This document shows positions 26,601 to 38,500 of a stretch of DNA of 64,000 nt, piece by piece. How positions within the stretch are numbered: the first letter of the stretch is position 1; every line of letters starts with the position of its first letter. The stretch covers positions 1-64,000 of the IMG/VR virus record IMGVR_UViG_3300020180_000013. One strand, written 5' to 3'. The notes under the pieces were generated by a model. That model was not told the DNA's origin. It did no database searches and worked only from the letters and a program-made list of their open reading frames with translations. The position numbers were made by a program, and so were the translations under genes. Source of the DNA: a virus.

Positions 26601-29361
26601 TGGTATTCTGAAACTGTAAGCTGTCTCTTGGAGTGCCTTTGTCTACTAGTTGTTGCTCAAAGTTGGCCAGTGCATTCTGAAATACCCCGGGTCTTTCTTT
26701 CCACTCATAGAAATCCCATGAGACCTCTCTGTGTTGTTTTAATATATTAACTTTCTCAAGTTCTCTACCTGATTTCTTATTTCCATTAAGATCTATTGAA
26801 GAATATAATTGTCTGTATTCTCTCCAGAGTTGGTCTAACTGTTCTGTTGCATTATACTCATCTAATTCATCATTAACAGTCTCATTTACTTCTCTGACTT
26901 TGTTTAGTAATTCTGCTCTCTCTTGTGCTGCTTCTGCTCCAATAGGACTCTCAAACAAAATCTCTCTATCATAAAATTCTTCTTTATATTCCTGATGAAA
27001 GAATTGTCTTAGATGTTTTTTGTAAGCTATTCTTAGTTCAGATAGTTTAGAATAATCTTTAGTCTTGTTAGCACTAGCTTGTTCTTTATCTATCTCATCT
27101 ACTAGTTTAGCCAACTCATACCGGTAATCTTTAAATGGATTAAGAAAAGTATAAACTTGTTTCTGAGTAAAGTTTCCTTGATCATCCTGACCACCTATGT
27201 TATCAATAAATGTAATAGACTTTCCTAGTTCAGCAACATTACTTGGATTATATCCTGCTTCTTTTAGTAAAGGCCCTACTTCTTTAACAAAGTTATTATA
27301 CTTGATCTGGGCTTTATTCTCAACCTCAGTCATATTATTTTTAACAAATAATGAAAAGCCGGCTATAATAGGATCTTTACTATAGATAGGTCCTTCAAGG
27401 AATCCATTGAATGCTGCAGCATCTCCTAATTCTCCATTTAGTAATTGCTCTAGTTTTTCTGGAGTGATCTTTACTTCCTCATATCTTTTTTTGTGACCAT
27501 CTATTACTATTTTAGATGCTCCCTTCTTTTCAAGATGAGATATCAACTCTGTATAGTTCTCATCTATCTTAGCTGCAGTATCTTTAACAGTGGTCCATAG
27601 AATATCCCTAACCCCCTTTTTATTTACGTCTTTAACTATTTTATCTCCTACATTTAGTTGAGCTTGTATAGATGTTAGTAATTTATATAATGGATTATTA
27701 ACTTCTATTCCACTTTGATTAAGTTCATTAATACCTTCAGCTGTGTATTTTTTCCAGTAGTCTATAAATTTATTATAGTAATTGATCTTATGTAAGTTGT
27801 CTACGCTATCCAAGTTCTTAGATACATTCTCAAGTTCAGTAATCATATTCTTAGCAATAAACTCTAGTCTGAATAAACTAGATGTCATATTACTCATATG
27901 AGAGTTTACATAATTGAAATCATCTTTAAGCTTTTCTATATCCTTAATTAGGGTAGTTTTATAAGTAGATAAGTTACTCTTGATTTCAGCTAACTGATTT
28001 CTACCAAACTGATCCTTCAGGATGTCTAGCATTCCCTTGTAATCTTTATTAGATATAAGACTATCTAATTGTTGAGATACTCCGGCTGATAATTTATCAG
28101 TAAGACTTTGAAGTGTTGTATCCTCTAGTTTCTTTAGAGTATCTATAAATTCTTTTTGATCTCTGGCATAAGCTGCTACATCATTTTGGTTAATAAGCTC
28201 AGTATCTATTTGGAAACTGTCGTTTACTAACATCTTTCCTAACTGATCTAGACTAGTATTAACATCTAGATTTTCTACTTTTACTTTACCAAATACTTTT
28301 CTTAGCATTTGTTTAATAGAGTAAAGAATATTCTTAATAGTATCTATAAATCCTTTTGATTCGGGAATAGAGTTTAACTGATTTTTAGCAGATAACTGAA
28401 GTGATCTTACTATAACTTCTTCTTTATATAAATCATCAGTTTTAGCTAACTCAGGATATAGATCATTTACAGTAGCTATAATAGTAGCCCCTTCTGAAGT
28501 AGTTAATACTTTATTATATAAGTTATTAAATAGTTCTGGATTTTGTTTAGATATAGCTCTAACTAAAGGATGGCCGAATTCATGGAGTACTATATCTGTA
28601 GTTAATCTATTATCAATAAAATAAACTTTAGCTCCTATATAAAATGCCGGTTCTCCATTCCAAGGAGTTCTAGCATCTTTAGTAAGCATTTCTGCTTCTT
28701 GCTCAGATATGATATGATAGTCTACACCTAACAGTGTAGCTAATCTTTGAGCTATTTTATTAGCTATTTCTACTGCCCAGGCATTGTTAACCTCTGTAGG
28801 ATCTAGTTCAATAGGATCCTTTGGAATCATAGGATCATTTTCTTCATACTCTATGGGATCACTTGAAGTAACAGGTTCCCTATAAAACATAGAAGCTTGA
28901 GTTCCTGTATTAGGTCTTTGACTTGGTACAGGTTCGGCTACTCTTTCATTTAGAACTACCTTATAGATTCTTCTTCCACCTGCTCCTGTTTTCTGTTCTG
29001 TTATTGGTTTTATCTCAGCTATCTTATAGCCATACTCTCTATAAAGTTGGTTAACTACTTTTTGAGCAGCTGCATAACCATGTTGTTTCACAAATAATAT
29101 TCCATTCTTTTTAGATATTCCTCCAGAGTCTACTAATCTTTTCTCTAGAACATTCTCTTGTTTTTGTAATACTGGCCTTGGAATAGATATACTATTGACA
29201 ACTGTAGTTCCTGTAATAGGATCTCTTTTAGCTAATACTTCTTCTGGAGTTCTGATCTCTCCATTATACTCCATAAAGTCTCTATAGGCTTCATGTTCAC
29301 CTACAACATTTACAAGATCTTTCCACTCCTTTAAATTTTTGTTAGGGCAAATTAAACTCAT
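23638..29361 (-). CDS. Giant virion cargo/ejection protein (1907 aa) with a zincin-like domain
   Basis: HEFGH with downstream EE; coiled-coil middle; hydrophobic C-terminal helices; follows the vRNAP gene as in crAss-like phages. Confidence 0.75.
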   Translation of the reverse strand: MSLICPNKNLKEWKDLVNVVGEHEAYRDFMEYNGEIRTPEEVLAKRDPITGTTVVNSISIPRPVLQKQENVLEKRLVDSGGISKKNGILFVKQHGYAAAQKVVNQLYREYGYKIAEIKPITEQKTGAGGRRIYKVVLNERVAEPVPSQRPNTGTQASMFYREPVTSSDPIEYEENDPMIPKDPIELDPTEVNNAWAVEIANKIAQRLATLLGVDYHIISEQEAEMLTKDARTPWNGEPAFYIGAKVYFIDNRLTTDIVLHEFGHPLVRAISKQNPELFNNLYNKVLTTSEGATIIATVNDLYPELAKTDDLYKEEVIVRSLQLSAKNQLNSIPESKGFIDTIKNILYSIKQMLRKVFGKVKVENLDVNTSLDQLGKMLVNDSFQIDTELINQNDVAAYARDQKEFIDTLKKLEDTTLQSLTDKLSAGVSQQLDSLISNKDYKGMLDILKDQFGRNQLAEIKSNLSTYKTTLIKDIEKLKDDFNYVNSHMSNMTSSLFRLEFIAKNMITELENVSKNLDSVDNLHKINYYNKFIDYWKKYTAEGINELNQSGIEVNNPLYKLLTSIQAQLNVGDKIVKDVNKKGVRDILWTTVKDTAAKIDENYTELISHLEKKGASKIVIDGHKKRYEEVKITPEKLEQLLNGELGDAAAFNGFLEGPIYSKDPIIAGFSLFVKNNMTEVENKAQIKYNNFVKEVGPLLKEAGYNPSNVAELGKSITFIDNIGGQDDQGNFTQKQVYTFLNPFKDYRYELAKLVDEIDKEQASANKTKDYSKLSELRIAYKKHLRQFFHQEYKEEFYDREILFESPIGAEAAQERAELLNKVREVNETVNDELDEYNATEQLDQLWREYRQLYSSIDLNGNKKSGRELEKVNILKQHREVSWDFYEWKERPGVFQNALANFEQQLVDKGTPRDSLQFQNTRQDWIDKNTRTIIKPDFYLLRKEIFDKIQPIMAKLPSNIKNQVDITQAWNDINEAISGFRDQDGQPQGSSMSEGRIALVKERQEQINKAREVFAGFSGLTTLEMNELGQFFEKIKTGEKLSPEDRELMNELLSKKDRLGLNKFEKAELNALFAELAELQHKEATDYYVDIFNNYLTKLDTNTLFLETGSRIIDKKSADATISDHIINTLLSQSEDFKTWFEKNHIRKNKYNPQTQESEPTWERLHIWNVVKPNDTRFIETTDLKDDVGNTIERIKGVPTLKYFTRAVKDEWKTARIVGKTVDNLGKRGNFLPKSKSQGAPDNRYINQDYFDLEKENPKLFKAMEKIKEFHIVTQSDKVSSSRLYYDIPRFRLHNLEILQRPDGARSAITSWWDKVKSYFKHSEDDFEEGQNWQDKFTLVKADMFDNELSSIPIAGLYKLDLDQVSLDVTQSMMRYMLSGERQKKLIEMNPMAKALQSILTEQGVKDMTKVNKDNLLQRGVRTYITRKGRSVREQVATALIEREFHGQTNAGWFKDAKGLEAATGTLFKSAAFGFFAMNIPSALKNSFSAMVQNMIEASAGRYLNPITYHQGIAWSGKVSSQISFEIYKHAPKSLDIQLVEIFDPSSTRFQETYGQSISRSLFKDTVNMSWLYSPRKWTELNATLGLFGGMMYHQKINQTQPDGSTKEISYIDAWQLVDGQLTVKPGIDPSWNIGGKQYTDFRTLVQTVNNNLNGAFSKFDSPLASRFLVYRMIAFMRRYLPAMAANRWAPERVNVGLGENTRGFYLDALSAFWKTLSTAGKGAQWLSPREKRAVTRMFVEVGQLIGMTLIANLFFDWDSDDKDRYEKLRAKSGALPFPGVEDPNHPFEVSGFLSNQSLNLLMQIRAENQQWLPIPGLGLKDYVQALDWKSVMLGPTIAAYTNMAQDLTNAAVGNEAAYYKRDVGPYQWQKEESAKFWNHLAKTVGITGTTMDPVMAIKNFQSIQTRK

Positions 29362-29364
29362 AGA

Positions 29365-29505
29365 TTAGAAATTTAAACAATATGTGCAATTAGGATTTAC
29401 TATATTTTTATTAATATGCCACCTTTTATGACATGATAGTCCACCTATTCTAGAATTTTTTTTCTTTATTTCTGGTCTTAAAGCTATTATACAATAAATT
29501 ATCAT
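29365..29505 (-). pseudogene. 46-aa zinc-finger ORF, probable internally deleted homing endonuclease remnant
   Basis: Hand translation MIIYCIIALRPEIKKKNSRIGGLSCHKRWHINKNIVNPNCTYCLNF*. Confidence 0.5.
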
Positions 29506-29515
29506 ATTATTAAAT

Positions 29516-32500
29516 TTAAAAACCAATACATCGAGACATAAACTCTGTTACTTCCTCATCAGTAACTGGTTGATCTCTTTGTACAAGTTGTCTTCCTTTC
29601 GGATTCAAAAGAAAGTTATTATTTATATATCTAAACTTCTCATATAACTGTTCTGACAAATATAAGAAAGTTTGTTGACCTGGCTTAGGTACAACCTTAC
29701 CTGGAATCTCTATTAGTGTTCCTCTTCCTGATCTTCCTATCATTCCCTGACCATATCCATTTTTATCAAATACAATATCTCTTCCTTGACTCTTAAAGTC
29801 TAATAATTGCTGAATAGCAACATCTATTAGTTTTTTATTTTCTTCAAGAGTTTGATCAGTTAATGCATTTAATACACTTGTTAAAGGAGTTTTCTCTTTA
29901 CTCTCAGCATAAGATGTTTTAGTTGGTATACCTAGAGTGAACCCTACTTGAGCCTTCTGCATAATGCCATTAGTGGTCTCAGAACTTTTCTTAGTAGCAT
30001 CAAGAGTTCTTCCATATACAAATACTGCCTCGGGATTAGAAGCTATCATATTGATCATAGATTTCTCTGAATAGTCTAATGAATGAAATTCTTTAATTCC
30101 TTCTACTCCAGTTTCTGTAATTGGTACAGTAGGAATAGTTTCCTGAGCTGATCTAACTTTAGCTTCACCTACTGTTTGACCCAGAGTTTGTTGAACAACA
30201 TAGTTCTTATGTCTAAAGCTATTTTTAGAGGTATTAAGAAGTATAAACTTTTTATAAAATAGATCTAGTAATACATTATTCATATTCTCTGAATACACCT
30301 TAACTGGTTCCTCCATTATTCTAGTAAACATATCTACCGGTACAAATGAAGTAAGAGCATATTTACCTTTAGCTGATAAGCCTGATTGCATAAAAGCATA
30401 TACTGGGAATCTCTTGAAGAAATTGCTTATCCTTTCATTCTCTACTGGATCAGTAGACTTTATAACAGATACATTAGATAGGTTTAATATATTCTCATGA
30501 AGAGTATTTAATTTATCTCCATCTAGATTTGAGTCTAAACTATAAAGATTTCTTATTCCTTGTTTAGCTATTGAAGTAGCAAGAACTCTGAAAAGTAAAT
30601 ACTCATTTTTTAAATCAGGATGTGTATCTATAATACTATTATACTCATCAGCATAGCTAGTATCACTATAGAACATCTTCCAGGAATTGAACGTATTATC
30701 TAAAGCCTGATTTCTTAAGAATTGCTCATATGATATTTTCTTTAATCTCTTCTCAAATTCTTCGTGAGTTTCATCTATAAGCTTAGTTATCTTTTTATCA
30801 GTAATATTAGTAGATAATAGTTTTATATAATCTGCATTGGTCTTTACTTTATCTGAAGTATACATACTTCTTAAGTATTCTCTTTCAAATACAAAAGACT
30901 GGTATTCTTTAGATGTAGAGAATGCATTAACATTAACTACAGCTAATCCTGTTTTAGGATCATACTCTGTTATATGATCTTTGAGATTTGAAATACCGGA
31001 CCAAGCTTTAGTAGAGAAGTCTTTTTGAAGCTGGGCTTTATCTACATAGATAACATTATTTTTAACAAAGACTCCGTTCTTAAGACTCTTTACAGATTCA
31101 ACTGGGATACTAGTATCAACATTAAATCCTTTGTATTCTTTAATATTATTAAGATTAAATGCTTTTACACTATTCTGGAATATAAAACTAACTAAGTCAT
31201 TTTTGAATTCAGATACAAATTTCTCAGGATCATCAAATGTATTCTCTACATCATCTGATATACCTTCTCTAAACTTATTAACAATAAAGTTTTCTACTAC
31301 TTTATTATTTCTAAGATTAAATAAAGGATTCCATAGATTGATCATGAACTCCTGTATATTGAAAGAACCTATTGGAGAATTAGTAAGAATATTATTTACT
31401 ATAGAAGTAGGTATCTTACCATCTGCTTTTAGTTGCTCTACTTGTAATTGTCTATTATGGGCCTCAAAAAGTGTAGTTGATCTCTTAGTATCAAAGTTCA
31501 TTCTAAGCTTAATATCTCTAATAGATCTTGACATATCTTCTAGTTCTAGATAATGTAAGAATGCTGCTTGTTCTTCTTCTGTTACAATATGATCAGCTCC
31601 TATTTTAGTCTGTGCTGAATAGGCTCCTATATTATTCTTCAGAGTGTTGAAATCAAAAGCTGAATCTTTATATTTAGATGTCATCTCCCGGGTCAAGTTA
31701 TAAATATTCTGATCCATTGCTTTTCCTCTCAACATAGATTGAGTGAGATTAAAATCAAATCTTGGATCAAGTAATACTGTCTCTTTAGCTTTTCTCCTAT
31801 AAAAATTAGGATGGAAAGGGGCCTTATCTAATGGATCTGCAAAAGTAGATTTAGCTAATCTTTGTTGAGTAACATATTCTCTAACCAATGGCTGGGATAC
31901 AAAGTATACTGCATGCTCAAAAGGAACACCGGCCTGGATTAAAAATAAAAGAACTGGTGCTACTTCTTTATTACCTTGGATATTAAATATCCATGCATCT
32001 TTAGCCACATCTACCCAGCCATTAATCAACTGAGATATAACATCTGATATTCTATATTGACCATTTGAGTCTAATATATTACCTAATGATATAGCAGGTT
32101 TTCCGGAAACATCAATAGTGTTATGAGGAAGGTATATATTAAGTGGTCTCTCTTGTAATTTACCATTAGGCATTTTCTTTTCATAGCTAGGGTTAAGATG
32201 AGCTCCTATTCTATTAAACACAACATTATAAGAGTTATCAACTGCTCCTAAACCTAATGTCTGTTTACCTACGTTATTAGACTGATGTTTATAAAGATTG
32301 TATTCTTGTTCTAGTACTCTAGTTCCAGATACCTGAGACTCATTACCTGGGTGTACTCTGGATTTAGGATTATAATCTTGTACCTGATCTTGTAATATAT
32401 CAGCAACTGGTTTTACTATATCAGTATTATTTGGCCTGACTAGATTAGTAAAGTTCTGTGGCAGTTCTAAGATCTCTCTCATATTCTGAAGAAGATCATT

Positions 32501-35500
32501 TTCTACAGCTTTAGATCCATTAAGAGTTTCATAGAAGTCTTCAAAAGTATGAAGATTATAAGGTTTTAATATTTCTTCTAGTTCTTCATGAGTATAGTCC
32601 CTACTCCATAGATCACCAAATACATCAGTAAGAAACTTATCTACTATAGCATCATTGGTCCATATAATATTTCCCTTATCATCTTTTAATTCTTCAAGAG
32701 CTATTCTTTTGGCTTTAACTTTTTCATAAATAGTTCTTGCTTGTTTTTGAGAATACTGAGTAGTTAAAGTAATTTTACCATCTTCATTTTTTCTGAAGTT
32801 AGGCATCATTACTGTTAACTTATCTATATCAAAATCAGATCCTGATTTAGCTACTATCTCATCTGGAGGAACTATAATATTTCCGGCCTCTTTTGGTAGA
32901 AACTCATATATTTCCATAAACTCCATAGAGTTAAGACCTTGTACTGGTATCCTAACTCCAATCATAGTGATCATCTGTCTGTTAGTTCCTGTATTAAGCC
33001 ATGGCTCATCTTTAAGTAATTCATTAAGAGCTTCTGTAGTAGATATAGATTTACTATAAGCTCTATCTCTTACTTCATCAAGTTGTAGAAGTTTCTCAAA
33101 CTGGCCCTGCATAGCTATCTTAACTTTCATAGCCCGGGTCTTACCATCTGGTCCTTGATGATATGTGGGAAGATCATTACTACCCCATTTTTTGAGATCA
33201 CCTTCTGTAGGATTGGTTAGATTCCTATTAGTATCAAAAGCAGATAGATTTTCAAAGCCGGCACCTGAGACCTGGATAAGAGCTTCTCCATTTACTTTTT
33301 GTCTAATTAGTCTTTTATTTACTATAGCAGTAAGTAGTCTCTCTATTTTATCTGCAGATAGAGATATAGATAAATCATGCTTAATCTGATTAGTATTGCC
33401 TTTAATATCTATAAAGTCTATTTGATGATCAGCTAGATCTTGTCTGGTAAGTTCTTTTCTAACAAACTTAAGCAGTGGCTTAAGATCTCCTTTAGGATTA
33501 CCATTCTTATCTAAAATCCATCCAGCTTCTCTTAATAGTTCTTTCTTTTTTACCTCAGTTAGTTTCCTGATATTATCTTCATAATTCTTAACTAGTTTTT
33601 CTACTTTATCATTAACCGGTTTCCCATTTTCATATAATCCATCCTCTATTAGTTTTCTTAACTGAGTTGGGAATATACTACTTTCTTTAAATGTACTAGC
33701 AGTTTCTAATTGATTTTTAAGATACTCTATAAAGATTGGGTTCTTAGTTAATTTCTCTTGAGAAATAACTTTAGCTTGTTCATTAGAATAGAAAGGATCT
33801 GTAACTCCTTGTTTGGTTATAGTAGATACTTTTGATCCTGACTTAAATAAAGCATAGTGCACATTCTCAGTGACTAACTTATCATGAAGCTTCTCAAGAT
33901 TAGTTCCTTTTATAACCGAAGGAATAAGAGGAAATACTGAAAACTTATGAAAACCTATTGTTGGCAATCCTTCAGTATGTAATGGACCAAAATATTGTAA
34001 CTTTTGAACCGGAAAAAATCTGGATACTTCAGAAGGTCTGGTGGATTCTCCTTTGATTATTTTCTGATATAACTCCTCTTGTTTTGGAGTCCAGCTATTA
34101 TCCAGGGTCTTTACAGCTCTATAACTATCAAATGTAATCCAACCTTGAGCATCACCAGTATTCATCTCAGTGTAAGGTTTTAAAGCTGACTCAATAGCTT
34201 TAGATATTTCTTTATCTAGATCTTCTTTTGAAATCTTTCCGGATATGAAATCTTTCCTTTTGGAGTATCTATCTTTTATCTCTGACTCAATAGCTTTTTT
34301 ATATTGATCGTGATATACCGATAAAGTATGAGTATCTTCTAATACTGCAGAATTTAGAATAGATTGAAAGGGATCCTGAGCTATACCTTTAGAGTTAGCA
34401 TATCCAAATCCTATTACTTCATTTAAATATCTTAGAGCAGATTCATCTGATCTATAAATAGTTCCTGTTGAAATGGCCCCGGCATTTCTCTTATGAAACT
34501 CCTCTTTACCCATATTATATAATGCAATATCTCCATATAGAAAATTCATAGTTTCTACGTTGTGGATCCATTGATTAATTACAAATGAAGTCAGAGCTCC
34601 CTGAACTATATCAGCAGAAGATGCCTTAAGAACTTGAGCTTTATAGTTAGTATTATTAGCTTCTTCTTTTATAGAAGTAATAAGATTGTTTGCAACAAAT
34701 TTAGTTTTAGTATATCTGTCATTTGTTGACTTAACTAGACTATTAAAATATTTAGTAATATCAGTCTCAAGATCTTTTCTTAGTTCTATAGCTCTTGGAG
34801 TATTATTCTTTAAATAAGTATCAAGAGGAAGATCTAATTTCTTTAATTTAGATTTAGTCTCTGAACTAAGAACATCATCAAATAATACAAACTCTTTTCC
34901 TCTATTATAGTAATCAGAAACATTTCTAATAGGATTTAATTCTGATGCATTCTCCATTGTGTTAATTCTGGATAGCTCTGATCCAACATAGTTAATAACT
35001 ATATTAGTAAGATTCTGTATAGCCTTGGTCTTATTAGCTATGATCTCTTCTGTATCAATATATAATTTACCGGATTTGTTTCCTGGAGCAAGAAGCTTAT
35101 TTAAATTAATCATTAAAGAAGTGCCTTTATCAGCAGCCCTCATTAACTCCGGAGTCCCTCTCATGATCATCATGTGAAAATCCATAAGAAACTTAGTGAA
35201 CTCATCTGCAGAAGCAGAAGCTATACCAGTACCTTCTTCATTGTCTATAGTAAGTTGAACACCTGATAAATTCTCTAGGTTTAATTTAGCATCTTTTCTT
35301 TTAGGTCTTCCTGGAGAATTCATATCAAATAAAGAAGTTATCCATATAGAAGATTTAGTATATGGATTTCTTTCAGTATCTAAATGATTCATATGAGGAA
35401 GAGCTATGAGCTCATCAAATGACTTAACTGAATTAATAGTGTTGATCATTTGAGTAAGAGTTGAATTAAGACTATGCTCAAATTGAGCATTACCTTCAGC

Positions 35501-38500
35501 ATTAGTTACTGAGAAATTAGAGTACTGGTCTGAGTATCTAGTCTCTAATTCCATTAGTCTTTTCCAATTACCGGCCTCTCCTCTAAGTTCTTGAATATTG
35601 CCCATAGCTGGCTGCTGTAGTTTAAATACATCAGATACTTTGGTTATAGTAAGTCCTCTACTTTGAATGTTAGCAAGAACTGCTCTTATAATATTAGCTT
35701 TACCTATATCATTAGCTATTCCTTGTTTAATCTCTTTCTTGTCAGATAACTGTACTCCTATTGCTTTAAAGAACTTGAATGCATTTTCTTTAATAGTATT
35801 AGCTGGGAAGTCCTTCAAGATGGTTGGAATATCCAGGTAGTTTATATTATTAGTGTCTTTCTTTATATATGGATTAGCATATGTAATTTGAAATAAATTA
35901 TCCCATGCCTGGCCGGCTTTTTTGTAATCAGTAGAGGACTGGCCTATTTTTGAAATATAAGTAGAAGTCCCATCTTCATTTGTGACTTTATCAAGAGTCA
36001 TCTGAATTAAAGGAATCCTGGTTTTGTTAAATGCATTCCAGAAGTCAGTCCACATTTTAAACTCAGGCCCAGATATAGTATCAGATGATCCTAGTTTAGA
36101 TAATAGTTGTTTGAATACAGGAAAAGTCTCAGCTTCAGATTTGAGTCTTTTCTCCATCACTTCTGGAGAAGAGCTTCCTTCTAAAACTTTAGCTAATCTA
36201 TTCCATACTACATCAAACTCAGCTAATTGATTAACTCCTAGTTTATTCTTTTTAGTATTACCAGAGTTATCTATAGCATTAAGAGATCTAATTAAATATA
36301 ATACTTGGTTAGAAGCTAGATCAGTAAGAGAAGTTTCATTACCGTTCTTGTTATAACCTTCTCGTCCCTTAGATGCATCTTCATTTTCTTCTGGAGCTAC
36401 ATCTTCAAACTTATCTTCAAGAGATAAGTATTTTGATTTAAGATTATGATAGTTTATTAATCCTTTTCCATTTTCTACTCCTATTGGTTTTTCAGGATCT
36501 CCAAAGTTTCTAATAGCATAATCTAAAAGATTAATATTCTTCTGGATTTGTTCTTTAAGGAACTGATCAGTAGTTTGATCAAGACTAGATTGAAGATCAT
36601 TTCTTATATGAGCTAGCCTGGTTCTGGAGTATTTATAAGCTGTAGATCTATTATTACTACTAGTTACAATAGTAGAAGTAAATCTATTAGTTAAGTCTTT
36701 AGTATTTTTAAGATCTATTAGTTCTGAAAAAAGAGAATCTATAGTATCTACTAGTAGTCTAGAATCTTCATATGATAAAGACTGAAGAGGCTCTTCAGAA
36801 GAAATAGCTTCTAATCCTTTATTAAGGATATTAAAATTTATATTATCTCCGGAGAAAGTGAATTTATGAAGATCTCCTATTCTTAATTTTTCATATAGAT
36901 CATTTATAGTAGAAATAGCATTTTGATTTATAGCTAACTGAGCTACTGTACTATTTCCAAAAAGTGCTTTAAGAAAGTTTAATATCTTTCTAAATAGAGT
37001 ATTTCTTACTGGAGTAGTTAATTTCTTTCCATCAGATAACATATAGTTTCTGAAGTCTTCAGCTAAGTATTCTTCTAGCTCTATATTAGAAGCTGATTTG
37101 AAAGAAATATTTTTTCCTTGATAAGTAGTAAATTTTCCGGACTTATTTCTTAGCTCATTATATACTTCTTGTTTTTGGTCTTTAGTTAAAAAGCCTTGAG
37201 TGAATGCATGCCATGCCTCATGATAAAGATCACTATAGTCTGCTCCTTTGTATAAAGTGATTCCATTTACTGTCCAGGTAGCTACTGCATTAGGATTGGC
37301 AGCATTAATCATATTAAACATTACTTCAAAAGGGAAGTGTTTAGATAATGGAGAAGAGTTATACCAAGATCTGGCCTCAGTTATTTGTTCTTCTGTGGCT
37401 TTTTTATTGATCTCTTTTTGACCGGTAGTTTTCTCAAGAGTAGCTAATAAATCATCTATATCTTTCTGTCTTTGATCTGCAACTGATGATTCTACTATTT
37501 TAGCTGGAGTAACTTCTGGTTTTACTTCTATAGTCTCTTTAGGATTAAGTTTTTCTATTTCACTATCAAGAGGAGAATAATTAAAGTATCCATTAAGAGT
37601 TACTATTTTTCCTTGTTCATTTATAGGAATATTAATTACTGTATGCTCTCCTAAAAAGTCTTTATAGTTTTTATCTGTTGGAATAAGCCGGGTATTTTCC
37701 CCTTCTATAGAAAGAGTAAAGTCCTGGAAGTCTTCCATCCTGGATAAGAATTTTCTATTAATATTTATCTGAGCCCCTACCCATTTAGTATAGATGTCTT
37801 TACCATTAGTATCTACTGTCTTTACTATAGCTCCTTGATATAATTCTTTCTCCCACTCAGGTTGAGTTCCGTCAATGATCTTTCCTGTAGGTCTGGTGAC
37901 TATTTCACTAGGAGATATTCTAGTTAAGTAATCTATTATAGTTTTATTAGCAAGATCTTTATCAGATAGATCCAATGGCACTCCTTTTATAGTTATCTCA
38001 AGATTCTGTCCATCTTCAGATACCTGAATATTCATTCCTTTGTCAGTTGTCTGAATATAGTTTTTAGCATAGTTTAATTTCTCATATGGAGAAAGTGATA
38101 CATCTTCTCCAGAAGGAGCTTTTGCTGTAATATCATTTACTAATAATGATGATACTTTAGTAGCTAGTTCTGCAGTAAACTGTCTTCTCTGTAAATGAAT
38201 AGGAGTTTCTATCCCGGGATAATAAAAGTACACAGCCGTCTTATAAAAGGGCCCTGTATTATCTTCCTGGAATATAGGTTGAAAAGGATGTTCTATTTCA
38301 AATAGTAACTTAGAGAATGCTTGAGGAGCTTTTCTATTCTCCTGAACTAGTCCTTTACTTCCTCCTGTTATAGTACTTCTGATAGTATTATTCTCAGGAT
38401 CTTTCTTTATATACTCTCTGATTTTATGTATTTGTTCTGTTTGATCATCCTGAATCTTCTTAGCTTCAGTAGCAGTTACTTCTCTATTTAGTATTTTAGA

